From NCBI RefSeq assembly GCF_009914755.1, contig NC_060942.1: 64,000 nt of DNA. One strand, 5' to 3'. Source of the stretch: the human T2T-CHM13v2.0 reference genome, Homo sapiens. This document shows positions 12,401 to 25,200 of the stretch, one piece after another. The stretch's first letter is position 1, and each line of letters starts with the position of its first letter. The notes under the pieces are model-generated. The model was not told where the DNA came from. It was given only the letters and a program-made list of their open reading frames with translations, and did no database searches. A program made the position numbers and the translations under genes.

Positions 12401-13501
12401 TTTTTTTAGTATATGGAAGTGGACATTTGGAGCGCTTTCAGGCCTACGTTGGAAAAGGAAATATCTTCCCATAACAACTAGACAGAAGCATTCTCAGAAA
12501 CTAGTTTCTGATGTGTGTCCTCAACTAACACAGTTGAACATTTCTTTAGACAGAACAGTTTTGAAACACTCTTTTTGTGGAATCTGCAAGTGGCTATTTG
12601 GCTAGATTTGAGGATTTCGTTGGAAACGGGATTACATATAAAAAGCAGACAGCAGCATTCTCAGAAAGTTCTTTGTGATGATTGCATTCAAGTCACAGAA
12701 TTGAACATTCCCTTTCACAGAGCAGGTTTGAAACACTCTTTTTGTAGTGTGTGTAAGTGGACATTTGGAGCACTTTCCGGCCTAAGGTGAAAAAGGAAAT
12801 ATCTTCCCATAAAAACTAGACAGAAGCATTCTCAGAAACTTACTCGTGATGTGTGTCCTCAACTAAAGGAGTAGAACCTTTCTTTTCATAGAGAAGTTTT
12901 GAAACGCTCTTTTTGTGGAATCTGCAAGTGGATATTTGGCTAGTTTTGAGGATTTCGTTGGAAGCGGGAATTCATACAAATTGCAGACTGCAGCGTTCTG
13001 AGAAACATCTTTGTGATGTTTGTATTCAGGACACAGAGTTGAACATTCCCTATCATAGAGCAGGTTTGAATCACTCCTTTTGTAGTATCTGGAAGTGGAC
13101 ATTTGGAGCGCTTTCAGGCCTATGTTGGAAAAGGAAATATCTTCCCATAACAACTAGACAGAAGCATTCTCAGAAACTTATTTGAGATGTGTGTACTCAA
13201 CTAAGAGAATTGAACCACCGTTTTGAAGGAGCAGTTTTGAAACACTCTTTTTCTGGAATCTGCAAGTGGATATTTGGCTAGCTTTGGGGATTTCGCTGGA
13301 AGCGGGAATACATATAAAAAGCACACAGCAGCGTTCTGAGAAACTGCTTTCTGATGTTTGCATTCAAGTCAAAAGTTGAACACTCCCTTTCATAGAGCAG
13401 TCTTGAAACACCCCTTTTGTAGTATCTGGAACTGGACTTTTGGAGCGCTTTCAGGGCTAAGGTGAAAAAGGAAATATCTTCCCATAAAAACTGGACAGAA
13501 G
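9432..13501 (+). repeat. Two canonical 12-mer HORs
   Basis: Units start at 9432, 11467 and 13502 (2035-bp spacing). Confidence 0.93.
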
Positions 13502-16214
13502 CATTCTCAGAAACTTGTTTATGCTGTATCTACTCAACTAACAAAGTTGAACCTTTCTTTTGATAGAGCAGTTTTGAAATGCTCTTTTTGTGGAATCTGC
13601 AAGTGGATATTTGGCTAGTTTTGAGGATTTCGTTGGAAGCGGGAATTCATACAAATTGCAGACTGCAGCGTTCTGAGAAACATCTTTGTGATGTTTGTAT
13701 TCAGGACAGAGAGTTGAACATTCCCTATCATAGAGCAGGTTGGAATCACTCCTTTTGTAGTATCTGGAAGTGGACATTTGGAGCGCTTTCAGGCCTATGT
13801 TGAAAAAGGAAATATCTTCCCATAACAACTAGACACAAGCATTCTCAGAAACTTGTTTGTGATGTGTGCCCTCTACTGACAGAGTTGAACCTTTCTTTTC
13901 ATAGAGCAGTTTTGAAACACTCTTTTTGTAGAATCTGCAAGAGGATATTTGCATAGCTTTGAGGATTTCGTGGGAAACGGGATTGTCTTCAGGTAAAATC
14001 TAGACAGAAGCATTCTCAGAAACTTCTTTGGGATGTTTGCATTCAAGTCACAGAGTAGAACATTCCCTTTGGTAGAGCAGGTTTGAAACACTCTTTTTTT
14101 AGTATATGGAAGTGGACATTTGGAGCGCATTCAGGCCTACGTTGGAAAAGGAAATATCTTCCCATAACAACTAGACAGAAGCATTCTCAGAAACTAGTTT
14201 CTGATGTGTGTCCTCAACTAACACAGTTGCACATTTCTTTAGACAGAACAGTTTTGAAACACTCTTTTTGTGGAATCTGCAAGTGGCTATTTGGCTAGAT
14301 TTGAGGATTTCGTTGGAAACGGGATTACATATAAAAAGCAGTCAGCAGCATTCTCAGAAAGTTCTTTGTGATGATTGCATTCAAGTCACAGAATTGAACA
14401 TTCCCTTTCACAGAGCAGGTTTGAAATACTCTTTTTTAGTGTGTGTAATTGGACATTTGGAGCACTTTCCGGCCTAAGGTGAAAAAGGAAATATCTTCCC
14501 ATAAAAACTAGACAGAAGCATTCTCAGAAACTTACTCGTGATGTGTGTCCTCCACTAAATGAGTAGAACCTTTCTTTTCATAGAGAAGTTTTGAAACGCT
14601 CTTTTTGTAGAATCTGCAAGAGGATATTTGCATAGCTTTGAGGATTTCGTGGAAACGGGATTGTCTTCAGGTAAAATCTAGACAGAAGCATTCGGAGAAA
14701 CTTCTTTGGGATGTTTGCATTCAAGTCACAGAGTAGAACATTCCCTTTGGTAGAGCAGGTTTGAAACACTCTTTTTGTATTATCTGGAAGTGGACATTTG
14801 GAGCGCTTTCAGGCCTATGTTGGAAAGGGAAATATCTTCCCGTAACAACTAGGCAGAAGCATTCTCAGAAACTTATTTGAGATGTGTGTACTCAACTAAG
14901 AGAATTGAATCACCGTTTTGAAGGAGCAGTTTTGAAACACTCTTTTTCTGGAATCTGCAAGAGGATATTTGCCTAGCCTTGAGGATTTCGTTGGAAACGG
15001 GATTGTCTTTAGATCAAATCTAGACAGAAGCATTCTCAGAAACTTCTTTGGGATGTTTGCATTCAAGTCACAGAGTAGAACATTCCCTTTGGTAGAGCAG
15101 GTTTGAAACACTCTTTTTTTAGTATATGGAAGTGCACATTTGGAGCGCTTTCAGGCCTACGTTGGAAAAGGAAATATCTTCCCATAACAACTAGACAGAA
15201 GCATTCTCAGAAACTAGTTTCTGATGTGTTTCCTCAACTAACACAGTTGAACATTTCTTTAGACAGAACAGTTTTGAAACACTCTTTTTGTGGAATCTGC
15301 AAGTGGCTATTTGGCTAGATTTGAGGATTTAGTTGGAAACGGGATTACATATAAAAAGCAGACAGCAGCATTCTCAGAAAGTTCTTTGTGATGATTGCAT
15401 TCAAGTCACAGAATTGAACATTCCCTTTCACAGAGCAGGTTTGAAACACTCTTTTTGTAGTGTGTGTAAGTGGACATTTGGAGCACTTTCCGGCCTAAGG
15501 TGAAGAAGGGAATATCTTCCCATAAAAACTAGACAGAAGCATTCTCAGAAACTTACTCGTGATGTGTGTCCTCAACTAAAGGAGTAGAACCTTTCTATTC
15601 ATAGAGAAGTTTTGAAACGCTCTTTTTGTGGAATCTGCAAGTGGATATTTGGCTAGTTTGGAGGATTTCGTTGGAAGCGGGAATTCATACAAATTGCAGA
15701 CTGCAGCGTTCTGAGAAACATCTTTGTGATGTTTGTATTCAGGACACTGAGTTGAACATTCCCTATCATAGAGCAGGTTGGAATCACTCCTTTTGTAGTA
15801 TCTGGAAGTGGACATTTGGAGCGCTTTCAGGCCTATGTTGGAAAAGGAAATATCTTCCCATAACAACTAGACAGAAGCATTCTCAGAAACTTATTTGAGA
15901 TGTGTGTACTCAACTAAGAGAATTGAACCACCGTTTTGAAGGAGCAGTTTTGAAACACTCTTTTTCTGGAATCTGCAAGTGGATATTTGGCTAGCTTTGG
16001 GGATTTCGCTGGAAGCGGGAATACATATAAAAAGCACACAGCAGCGTTCTGAGAAACTGCTTTCTGATGTTTGCATTCAAGTCAAAAGTTGAACACTCCC
16101 TTTCATAGAGCAGTCCTGAAACACTCCTTTTGTAGTATCTGGAACTGGACTTTTGGAGCGCTTTCAGGGCTAAGGTGAAAAAGGAAATATCTTCCCATAA
16201 AAACTGGACAGAAG
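13502..16214 (+). repeat. Variant 16-mer HOR (2713 bp), equal to the 18-mer variant minus one 342-bp dimer
   Basis: Landmarks 13579 and 16292 are 2713 bp apart. The unit carries the same private SNVs as 7300-9000, shifted by 6783 bp. Confidence 0.92.
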
Positions 16215-19200
16215 CATTCTCAGAAACTTGTTTATGCTGTATCTACTCAACTAACAAAGTTGAACCTTTCTTTTGATAGAGCAGTTTTGAAATGCTCTTT
16301 TTGTGGAATCTGCAAGTGGATATTTGGCTAGTTTTGAGGATTTCGTTGGAAGCGGGAATTCATACAAATTGCAGACTGCAGCGTTCTGAGAAACATCTTT
16401 GTGATGTTTGTATTCAGGACAGAGAGTTGAACATTCCCTATCATAGAGCAGGTTGGAATCACTCCTTTTGTAGTATCTGGAAGTGGACATTTGGAGCGCT
16501 TTCAGGCCTATGTTGAAAAAGGAAATATCTTCCCATAACAACTAGACACAAGCATTCTCAGAAACTTGTTTGTGATGTGTGCCCTCTACTGACAGAGTTG
16601 AACCTTTCTTTTCATAGAGCAGTTTTGAAACACTCTTTTTGTAGAATCTGCAAGAGGATATTTGCATAGCTTTGAGGATTTCGTGGGAAACGGGATTGTC
16701 TTCAGGTAAAATCTAGACAGAAGCATTCTCAGAAACTTCTTTGGGATGTTTGCATTCAAGTCACAGAGCAGAACATTCCCTTTGGTAGAGCAGGTTTGAA
16801 ACACTCTTTTTGTAGTATCTGGAAGTGGACATTTGGAGCGCTTTCAGGCCTATGTTGGAAAGGGAAATATCTTCCCGTAACAACTAGGCAGAAGCATTCT
16901 CAGAAACTTATTTGAGATGTGTGTACTCAACTAAGAGAATTGAACCACCGTTTTGAAGGAGCAGTTTTGAAACACTCTTTTTCTGGAATCTGCAAGAGGA
17001 TATTTGCCTAGCCTTGAGGATTTCGTTGGAAACGGGATTGTCTTCAGATCAAATCTAGACAGAAGCATTCTCAGAAACTTCTTTGGGATGTTTGCATTCA
17101 TGTCACAGAGTAGAACATTCCCTTTGGTAGAGCAGGTTTGAAACACTCTTTTTTTAGTATATGGAAGTGGACATTTGGAGCGCTTTCAGGCCTACGTTGG
17201 AAAAGGAAATATCTTCCCATAACAACTAGACAGAAGCATTCTCAGAAACTAGTTTCTGATGTGTGTCCTCAACTAACACAGTTGAACATTTCTTTAGACA
17301 GAACAGTTTTGAAACACTCTTTTTGTGGAATCTGCAAGTGGCTATTTGGCTAGATTTGAGGATTTCGTTGGAAACGGGATTACATATAAAAAGCAGACAG
17401 CAGCATTCTCAGAAAGTTCTTTGTGATGATTGCATTCAAGTCACAGAATTGAACATTCCCTTTCACAGAGCAGGTTTGAAACACTCTTTTTGTAGTGTGT
17501 GTAAGTGGACATTTGGAGCACTTTCCGGCCTAAGGTGAAAAAGGAAATATCTTCCCATAAAAACTAGACAGAAGCATTCTCAGAAACTTACTCGTGATGT
17601 GTGTCCTCAACTAAAGGAGTAGAACCTTTCTTTTCATAGAGAAGTTTTGAAACGCTCTTTTTGTGGAATCTGCAAGTGGATATTTGGCTAGTTTTGAGGA
17701 TTTCGTTGGAAGCGGGAATTCATACAAATTGCAGACTGCAGCGTTCTGAGAAACATCTTTGTGATGTTTGTATTCAGGACACAGAGTTGAACATTCCCTA
17801 TCATAGAGCAGGTTTGAATCACTCCTTTTGTAGTATCTGGAAGTGGACATTTGGAGCGCTTTCAGGCCTATGTTGGAAAAGGAAATATCTTCCCATAACA
17901 ACTAGACAGAAGCATTCTCAGAAACTTATTTGAGATGTGTGTACTCAACTAAGAGAATTGAACCACCGTTTTGAAGGAGCAGTTTTGAAACACTCTTTTT
18001 CTGGAATCTGCAAGTGGATATTTGGCTAGCTTTGGGGATTTCGCTGGAAGCGGGAATACATATAAAAAGCACACAGCAGCGTTCTGAGAAACTGCTTTCT
18101 GATGTTTGCATTCAAGTCAAAAGTTGAACACTCCCTTTCATAGAGCAGTCCTGAAACACCCCTTTTGTAGTATCTGGAACTGGACTTTTGGAGCGCTTTC
18201 AGGGCTAAGGTGAAAAAGGAAATATCTTCCCATAAAAACTGGACAGAAGCATTCTCAGAAACTTGTTTATGCTGTATCTACTCAACTAACAAAGTTGAAC
18301 CTTTCTTTTGATAGAGCAGTTTTGAAATGCTCTTTTTGTGGAATCTGCAAGTGGATATTTGGCTAGTTTTGAGGATTTCGTTGGAAGCGGGAATTCATAC
18401 AAATTGCAGACTGCAGCGTTCTGAGAAACATCTTTGTGATGTTTGTATTCAGGACAGAGAGTTGAACATTCCCTATCATAGAGCAGGTTGGAATCACTCC
18501 TTTTGTAGTATCTGGAAGTGGACATTTGGAGCGCTTTCAGGCCTATGTTGAAAAAGGAAATATCTTCCCATAACAACTAGACACAAGCATTCTCAGAAAC
18601 TTGTTTGTGATGTGTGCCCTCTACTGACAGAGTTGAACCTTTCTTTTCATAGAGCAGTTTTGAAACACTCTTTTTGTAGAATCTGCAAGAGGATATTTGC
18701 ATAGCTTTGAGGATTTCGTGGGAAACGGGATTGTCTTCAGGTAAAATCTAGACAGAAGCATTCTCAGAAACTTCTTTGGGATGTTTGCATTCAAGTCACA
18801 GAGCAGAACATTCCCTTTGGTAGAGCAGGTTTGAAACACTCTTTTTGTAGTATCTGGAAGTGGACATTTGGAGCGCTTTCAGGCCTATGTTGGAAAGGGA
18901 AATATCTTCCCGTAACAACTAGGCAGAAGCATTCTCAGAAACTTATTTGAGATGTGTGTACTCAACTAAGAGAATTGAACCACCGTTTTGAAGGAGCAGT
19001 TTTGAAACACTCTTTTTCTGGAATCTGCAAGAGGATATTTGCCTAGCCTTGAGGATTTCGTTGGAAACGGGATTGTCTTCAGATCAAATCTAGACAGAAG
19101 CATTCTCAGAAACTTCTTTGGGATGTTTGCATTCATGTCACAGAGTAGAACATTCCCTTTGGTAGAGCAGGTTTGAAACACTCTTTTTTTAGTATATGGA

Positions 19201-22200
19201 AGTGGACATTTGGAGCGCTTTCAGGCCTACGTTGGAAAAGGAAATATCTTCCCATAACAACTAGACAGAAGCATTCTCAGAAACTAGTTTCTGATGTGTG
19301 TCCTCAACTAACACAGTTGAACATTTCTTTAGACAGAACAGTTTTGAAACACTCTTTTTGTGGAATCTGCAAGTGGCTATTTGGCTAGATTTGAGGATTT
19401 CGTTGGAAACGGGATTACATATAAAAAGCAGACAGCAGCATTCTCAGAAAGTTCTTTGTGATGATTGCATTCAAGTCACAGAATTGAACATTCCCTTTCA
19501 CAGAGCAGGTTTGAAACACTCTTTTTGTAGTGTGTGTAAGTGGACATTTGGAGCACTTTCCGGCCTAAGGTGAAAAAGGAAATATCTTCCCATAAAAACT
19601 AGACAGAAGCATTCTCAGAAACTTACTCGTGATGTGTGTCCTCAACTAAAGGAGTAGAACCTTTCTTTTCATAGAGAAGTTTTGAAACGCTCTTTTTGTG
19701 GAATCTGCAAGTGGATATTTGGCTAGTTTTGAGGATTTCGTTGGAAGCGGGAATTCATACAAATTGCAGACTGCAGCGTTCTGAGAAACATCTTTGTGAT
19801 GTTTGTATTCAGGACACAGAGTTGAACATTCCCTATCATAGAGCAGGTTTGAATCACTCCTTTTGTAGTATCTGGAAGTGGACATTTGGAGCGCTTTCAG
19901 GCCTATGTTGGAAAAGGAAATATCTTCCCATAACAACTAGACAGAAGCATTCTCAGAAACTTATTTGAGATGTGTGTACTCAACTAAGAGAATTGAACCA
20001 CCGTTTTGAAGGAGCAGTTTTGAAACACTCTTTTTCTGGAATCTGCAAGTGGATATTTGGCTAGCTTTGGGGATTTCGCTGGAAGCGGGAATACATATAA
20101 AAAGCACACAGCAGCGTTCTGAGAAACTGCTTTCTGATGTTTGCATTCAAGTCAAAAGTTGAACACTCCCTTTCATAGAGCAGTCTTGAAACACCCCTTT
20201 TGTAGTATCTGGAACTGGACTTTTGGAGCGCTTTCAGGGCTAAGGTGAAAAAGGAAATATCTTCCCATAAAAACTGGACAGAAGCATTCTCAGAAACTTG
20301 TTTATGCTGTATCTACTCAACTAACAAAGTTGAACCTTTCTTTTGATAGAGCAGTTTTGAAATGCTCTTTTTGTGGAATCTGCAAGTGGATATTTGGCTA
20401 GTTTTGAGGATTTCGTTGGAAGCGGGAATTCATACAAATTGCAGACTGCAGCGTTCTGAGAAACATCTTTGTGATGTTTGTATTCAGGACAGAGAGTTGA
20501 ACATTCCCTATCATAGAGCAGGTTGGAATCACTCCTTTTGTAGTATCTGGAAGTGGACATTTGGAGCGCTTTCAGGCCTATGTTGAAAAAGGAAATATCT
20601 TCCCATAACAACTAGACACAAGCATTCTCAGAAACTTGTTTGTGATGTGTGCCCTCTACTGACAGAGTTGAACCTTTCTTTTCATAGAGCAGTTTTGAAA
20701 CACTCTTTTTGTAGAATCTGCAAGAGGATATTTGCATAGCTTTGAGGATTTCGTGGGAAACGGGATTGTCTTCAGGTAAAATCTAGACAGAAGCATTCTC
20801 AGAAACTTCTTTGGGATGTTTGCATTCAAGTCACAGAGCAGAACATTCCCTTTGGTAGAGCAGGTTTGAAACACACTTTTTGTAGTATCTGGAAGTGGAC
20901 ATTTGGAGCGCTTTCAGGCCTATGTTGGAATGGGAAATATCTTCCCGTAACAACTAGGCAGAAGCACTCTCAGAAACTTATTTGAGATGTGTGTACTCAA
21001 CTAAGAGAATTGAACCACCGTTTTGAAGGAGCAGTTTTGAAACACTCTTTTTCTGGAATCTGCAAGAGGATATTTGCCTAGCCTTGAGGATTTCGTTGGA
21101 AACGGGATTGTCTTCAGATCAAATCTAGACAGAAGCATTCTCAGAAACTTCTTTGGGATGTTTGCATTCAAGTCACAGAGTAGAACATTCCCTTTGGTAG
21201 AGCAGGTTTGAAACACTCTTTTTTTAGTATATGGAAGTGGACATTTGGAGCGCTTTCAGGCCTACGTTGGAAAAGGAAATATCTTCCCATAACAACTAGA
21301 CAGAAGCATTCTCAGAAACTAGTTTCTGATGTGTGTCCTCAACTAACACAGTTGAACATTTCTTTAGACAGAACAGTTTTGAAACACTCTTTTTGTGGAA
21401 TCTGCAAGTGGCTATTTGGCTAGATTTGAGGATTTCGTTGGAAACGGGATTACATATAAAAAGCAGACAGCAGCATTCTCAGAAAGTTCTTTGTGATGAT
21501 TGCATTCAAGTCACAGAATTGAACATTCCCTTTCACAGAGCAGGTTTGAAACACTCTTTTTGTAGTGTGTGTAAGTGGACATTTGGAGCACTTTCCGGCC
21601 TAAGGTGAAAAAGGAAATATCTTCCCATAAAAACTAGACAGAAGCATTCTCAGAAACTTACTCGTGATGTGTGTCCTCAACTAAAGGAGTAGAACCTTTC
21701 TTTTCATAGAGAAGTTTTGAAACGCTCTTTTTGTGGAATCTGCAAGTGGATATTTGGCTAGTTTTGAGGATTTCGTTGGAAGCGGGAATTCATACAAATT
21801 GCAGACTGCAGCGTTCTGAGAAACATCTTTGTGATGTTTGTATTCAGGACACAGAGTTGAACATTCCCTATCATAGAGCAGGTTTGAATCACTCCTTTTG
21901 TAGTATCTGGAAGTGGACATTTGGAGCGCTTTCAGGCCTATGTTGGAAAAGGAAATATCTTCCCATAACAACTAGACAGAAGCATTCTCAGAAACTTATT
22001 TGAGATGTGTGTACTCAACTAAGAGAATTGAACCACCGTTTTGAAGGAGCAGTTTTGAAACACTCTTTTTCTGGAATCTGCAAGTGGATATTTGGCTAGC
22101 TTTGGGGATTTCGCTGGAAGCGGGAATACATATAAAAAGCACACAGCAGCGTTCTGAGAAACTGCTTTCTGATGTTTGCATTCAAGTCAAAAGTTGAACA

Positions 22201-25200
22201 CTCCCTTTCATAGAGCAGTCCTGAAACACCCCTTTTGTAGTATCTGGAACTGGACTTTTGGAGCGCTTTCAGGGCTAAGGTGAAAAAGGAAATATCTTCC
22301 CATAAAAACTGGACAGAAGCATTCTCAGAAACTTGTTTATGCTGTATCTACTCAACTAACAAAGTTGAACCTTTCTTTTGATAGAGCAGTTTTGAAATGC
22401 TCTTTTTGTGGAATCTGCAAGTGGATATTTGGCTAGTTTTGAGGATTTCGTTGGAAGCGGGAATTCATACAAATTGCAGACTGCAGCGTTCTGAGAAACA
22501 TCTTTGTGATGTTTGTATTCAGGACAGAGAGTTGAACATTCCCTATCATAGAGCAGGTTGGAATCACTCCTTTTGTAGTATCTGGAAGTGGACATTTGGA
22601 GCGCTTTCAGGCCTATGTTGAAAAAGGAAATATCTTCCCATAACAACTAGACACAAGCATTCTCAGAAACTTGTTTGTGATGTGTGCCCTCTACTGACAG
22701 AGTTGAACCTTTCTTTTCATAAAGCAGTTTTGAAACACTCTTTTTGTAGAATCTGCAAGAGGATATTTGCATAGCTTTGAGGATTTCGTGGGAAACGGGA
22801 TTGTCTTCAGGTAAAATCTAGACAGAAGCATTCTCAGAAACTTCTTTGGGATGTTTGCATTCAAGTCACAGAGCAGAACATTCCCTTTGGTAGAGCAGGT
22901 TTGAAACACTCTTTTTGTAGTATCTGGAAGTGGACATTTGGAGCGCTTTCAGGCCTATGTTGGAAAGGGAAATATCTTCCCGTAACAACTAGGCAGAAGC
23001 ATTCTCAGAAACTTATTTGAGATGTGTGTACTCAACTAAGAGAATTGAACCACCGTTTTGAAGGAGCAGTTTTGAAACACTCTTTTTCTGGAATCTGCAA
23101 GAGGATATTTGCCTAGCCTTGAGGATTTCGTTGGAAACGGGATTGTCTTCAGATCAAATCTAGACAGAAGCATTCTCAGAAACTTCTTTGGGATGTTTGC
23201 ATTCAAGTCACAGAGTAGAACATTCCCTTTGGTAGAGCAGGTTTGAAACACTCTTTTTTTAGTATATGGAAGTGGACATTTGGAGCGCTTTCAGGCCTAC
23301 GTTGGAAAAGGAAATATCTTCCCATAACAACTAGACAGAAGCATTCTCAGAAACTAGTTTCTGATGTGTGTCCTCAACTAACACAGTTGAACATTTCTTT
23401 AGACAGAACAGTTTTGAAACACTCTTTTTGTGGAATCTGCAAGTGGCTATTTGGCTAGATTTGAGGATTTCGTTGGAAACGGGATTACATATAAAAAGCA
23501 GACAGCAGCATTCTCAGAAAGTTCTTTGTGATGATTGCATTCAAGTCACAGAATTGAACATTCCCTTTCACAGAGCAGGTTTGAAACACTCTTTTTGTAG
23601 TGTGTGTAAGTGGACATTTGGAGCACTTTCCGGCCTAAGGTGAAAAAGGAAATATCTTCCCATAAAAACTAGACAGAAGCATTCTCAGAAACTTACTCGT
23701 GATGTGTGTCCTCAACTAAAGGAGTAGAACCTTTCTTTTCATAGAGAAGTTTTGAAACGCTCTTTTTGTGGAATCTGCAAGTGGATATTTGGCTAGTTTT
23801 GAGGATTTCGTTGGAAGCGGGAATTCATACAAATTGCAGACTGCAGCGTTCTGAGAAACATCTTTGTGATGTTTGTATTCAGGACACAGAGTTGAACATT
23901 CCCTATCATAGAGCAGGTTTGAATCACTCCTTTTGTAGTATCTGGAAGTGGACATTTGGAGCGCTTTCAGGCCTATGTTGGAAAAGGAAATATCTTCCCA
24001 TAACAACTAGACAGAAGCATTCTCAGAAACTTATTTGAGATGTGTGTACTCAACTAAGAGAATTGAACCACCGTTTTGAAGGAGCAGTTTTGAAACACTC
24101 TTTTTCTGGAATCTGCAAGTGGATATTTGGCTAGCTTTGGGGATTTCGCTGGAAGCGGGAATACATATAAAAAGCACACAGCAGCGTTCTGAGAAACTGC
24201 TTTCTGATGTTTGCATTCAAGTCAAAAGTTGAACACTCCCTTTCATAGAGCAGTCCTGAAACACTCCTTTTGTAGTATCTGGAACTGGACTTTTGGAGCA
24301 CTTTCAGGGCTAAGGTGAAAAAGGAAATATCTTCCCATAAAAACTGGACAGAAGCATTCTCAGAAACTTGTTTATGCTGTATCTACTCAACTAACAAAGT
24401 TGAACCTTTCTTTTGATAGAGCAGTTTTGAAATGCTCTTTTTGTGGAATCTGCAAGTGGATATTTGGCTAGTTTTGAGGATTTCGTTGGAAGCGGGAATT
24501 CATACAAATTGCAGACTGCAGCGTTCTGAGAAACATCTTTGTGATGTTTGTATTCAGGACAGAGAGTTGAACATTCCCTATCATAGAGCAGGTTGGAATC
24601 ACTCCTTTTGTAGTATCTGGAAGTGGACATTTGGAGCGCTTTCAGGCCTATGTTGAAAAAGGAAATATCTTCCCATAACAACTAGACACAAGCATTCTCA
24701 GAAACTTGTTTGTGATGTGTGCCCTCTACTGACAGAGTTGAACCTTTCTTTTCATAGAGCAGTTTTGAAACACTCTTTTTGTAGAATCTGCAAGAGGATA
24801 TTTGCATAGCTTTGAGGATTTCGTGGGAAACGGGATTGTCTTCAGGTAAAATCTAGACAGAAGCATTCTCAGAAACTTCTTTGGGATGTTTGCATTCAAG
24901 TCACAGAGCAGAACATTCCCTTTGGTAGAGCAGGTTTGAAACACTCTTTTTGTAGTATCTGGAAGTGGACATTTGGAGCGCTTTCAGGCCTATGTTGGAA
25001 AGGGAAATATCTTCCCGTAACAACTAGGCAGAAGCATTCTCAGAAACTTATTTGAGATGTGTGTACTCAACTAAGAGAATTGAACCACCGTTTTGAAGGA
25101 GCAGTTTTGAAACACTCTTTTTCTGGAATCTGCAAGAGGATATTTGCCTAGCCTTGAGGATTTCGTTGGAAACGGGATTGTCTTCAGATCACATCTAGAC

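Larger units (their letters stand above)
7221..20786 (+). repeat. 6783-bp tandem segmental duplication (about 7221-14003 and 14004-20786)
   Basis: Private variants recur at an offset of exactly 6783 bp: ORFs at 7300/14083, 7795/14578 and 8793/15576, CENP-B box lesions at 7862/14645 and 8545/15328, and the AGTCTTGAAACACCCC variant near 13400/20183. Confidence 0.9.
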
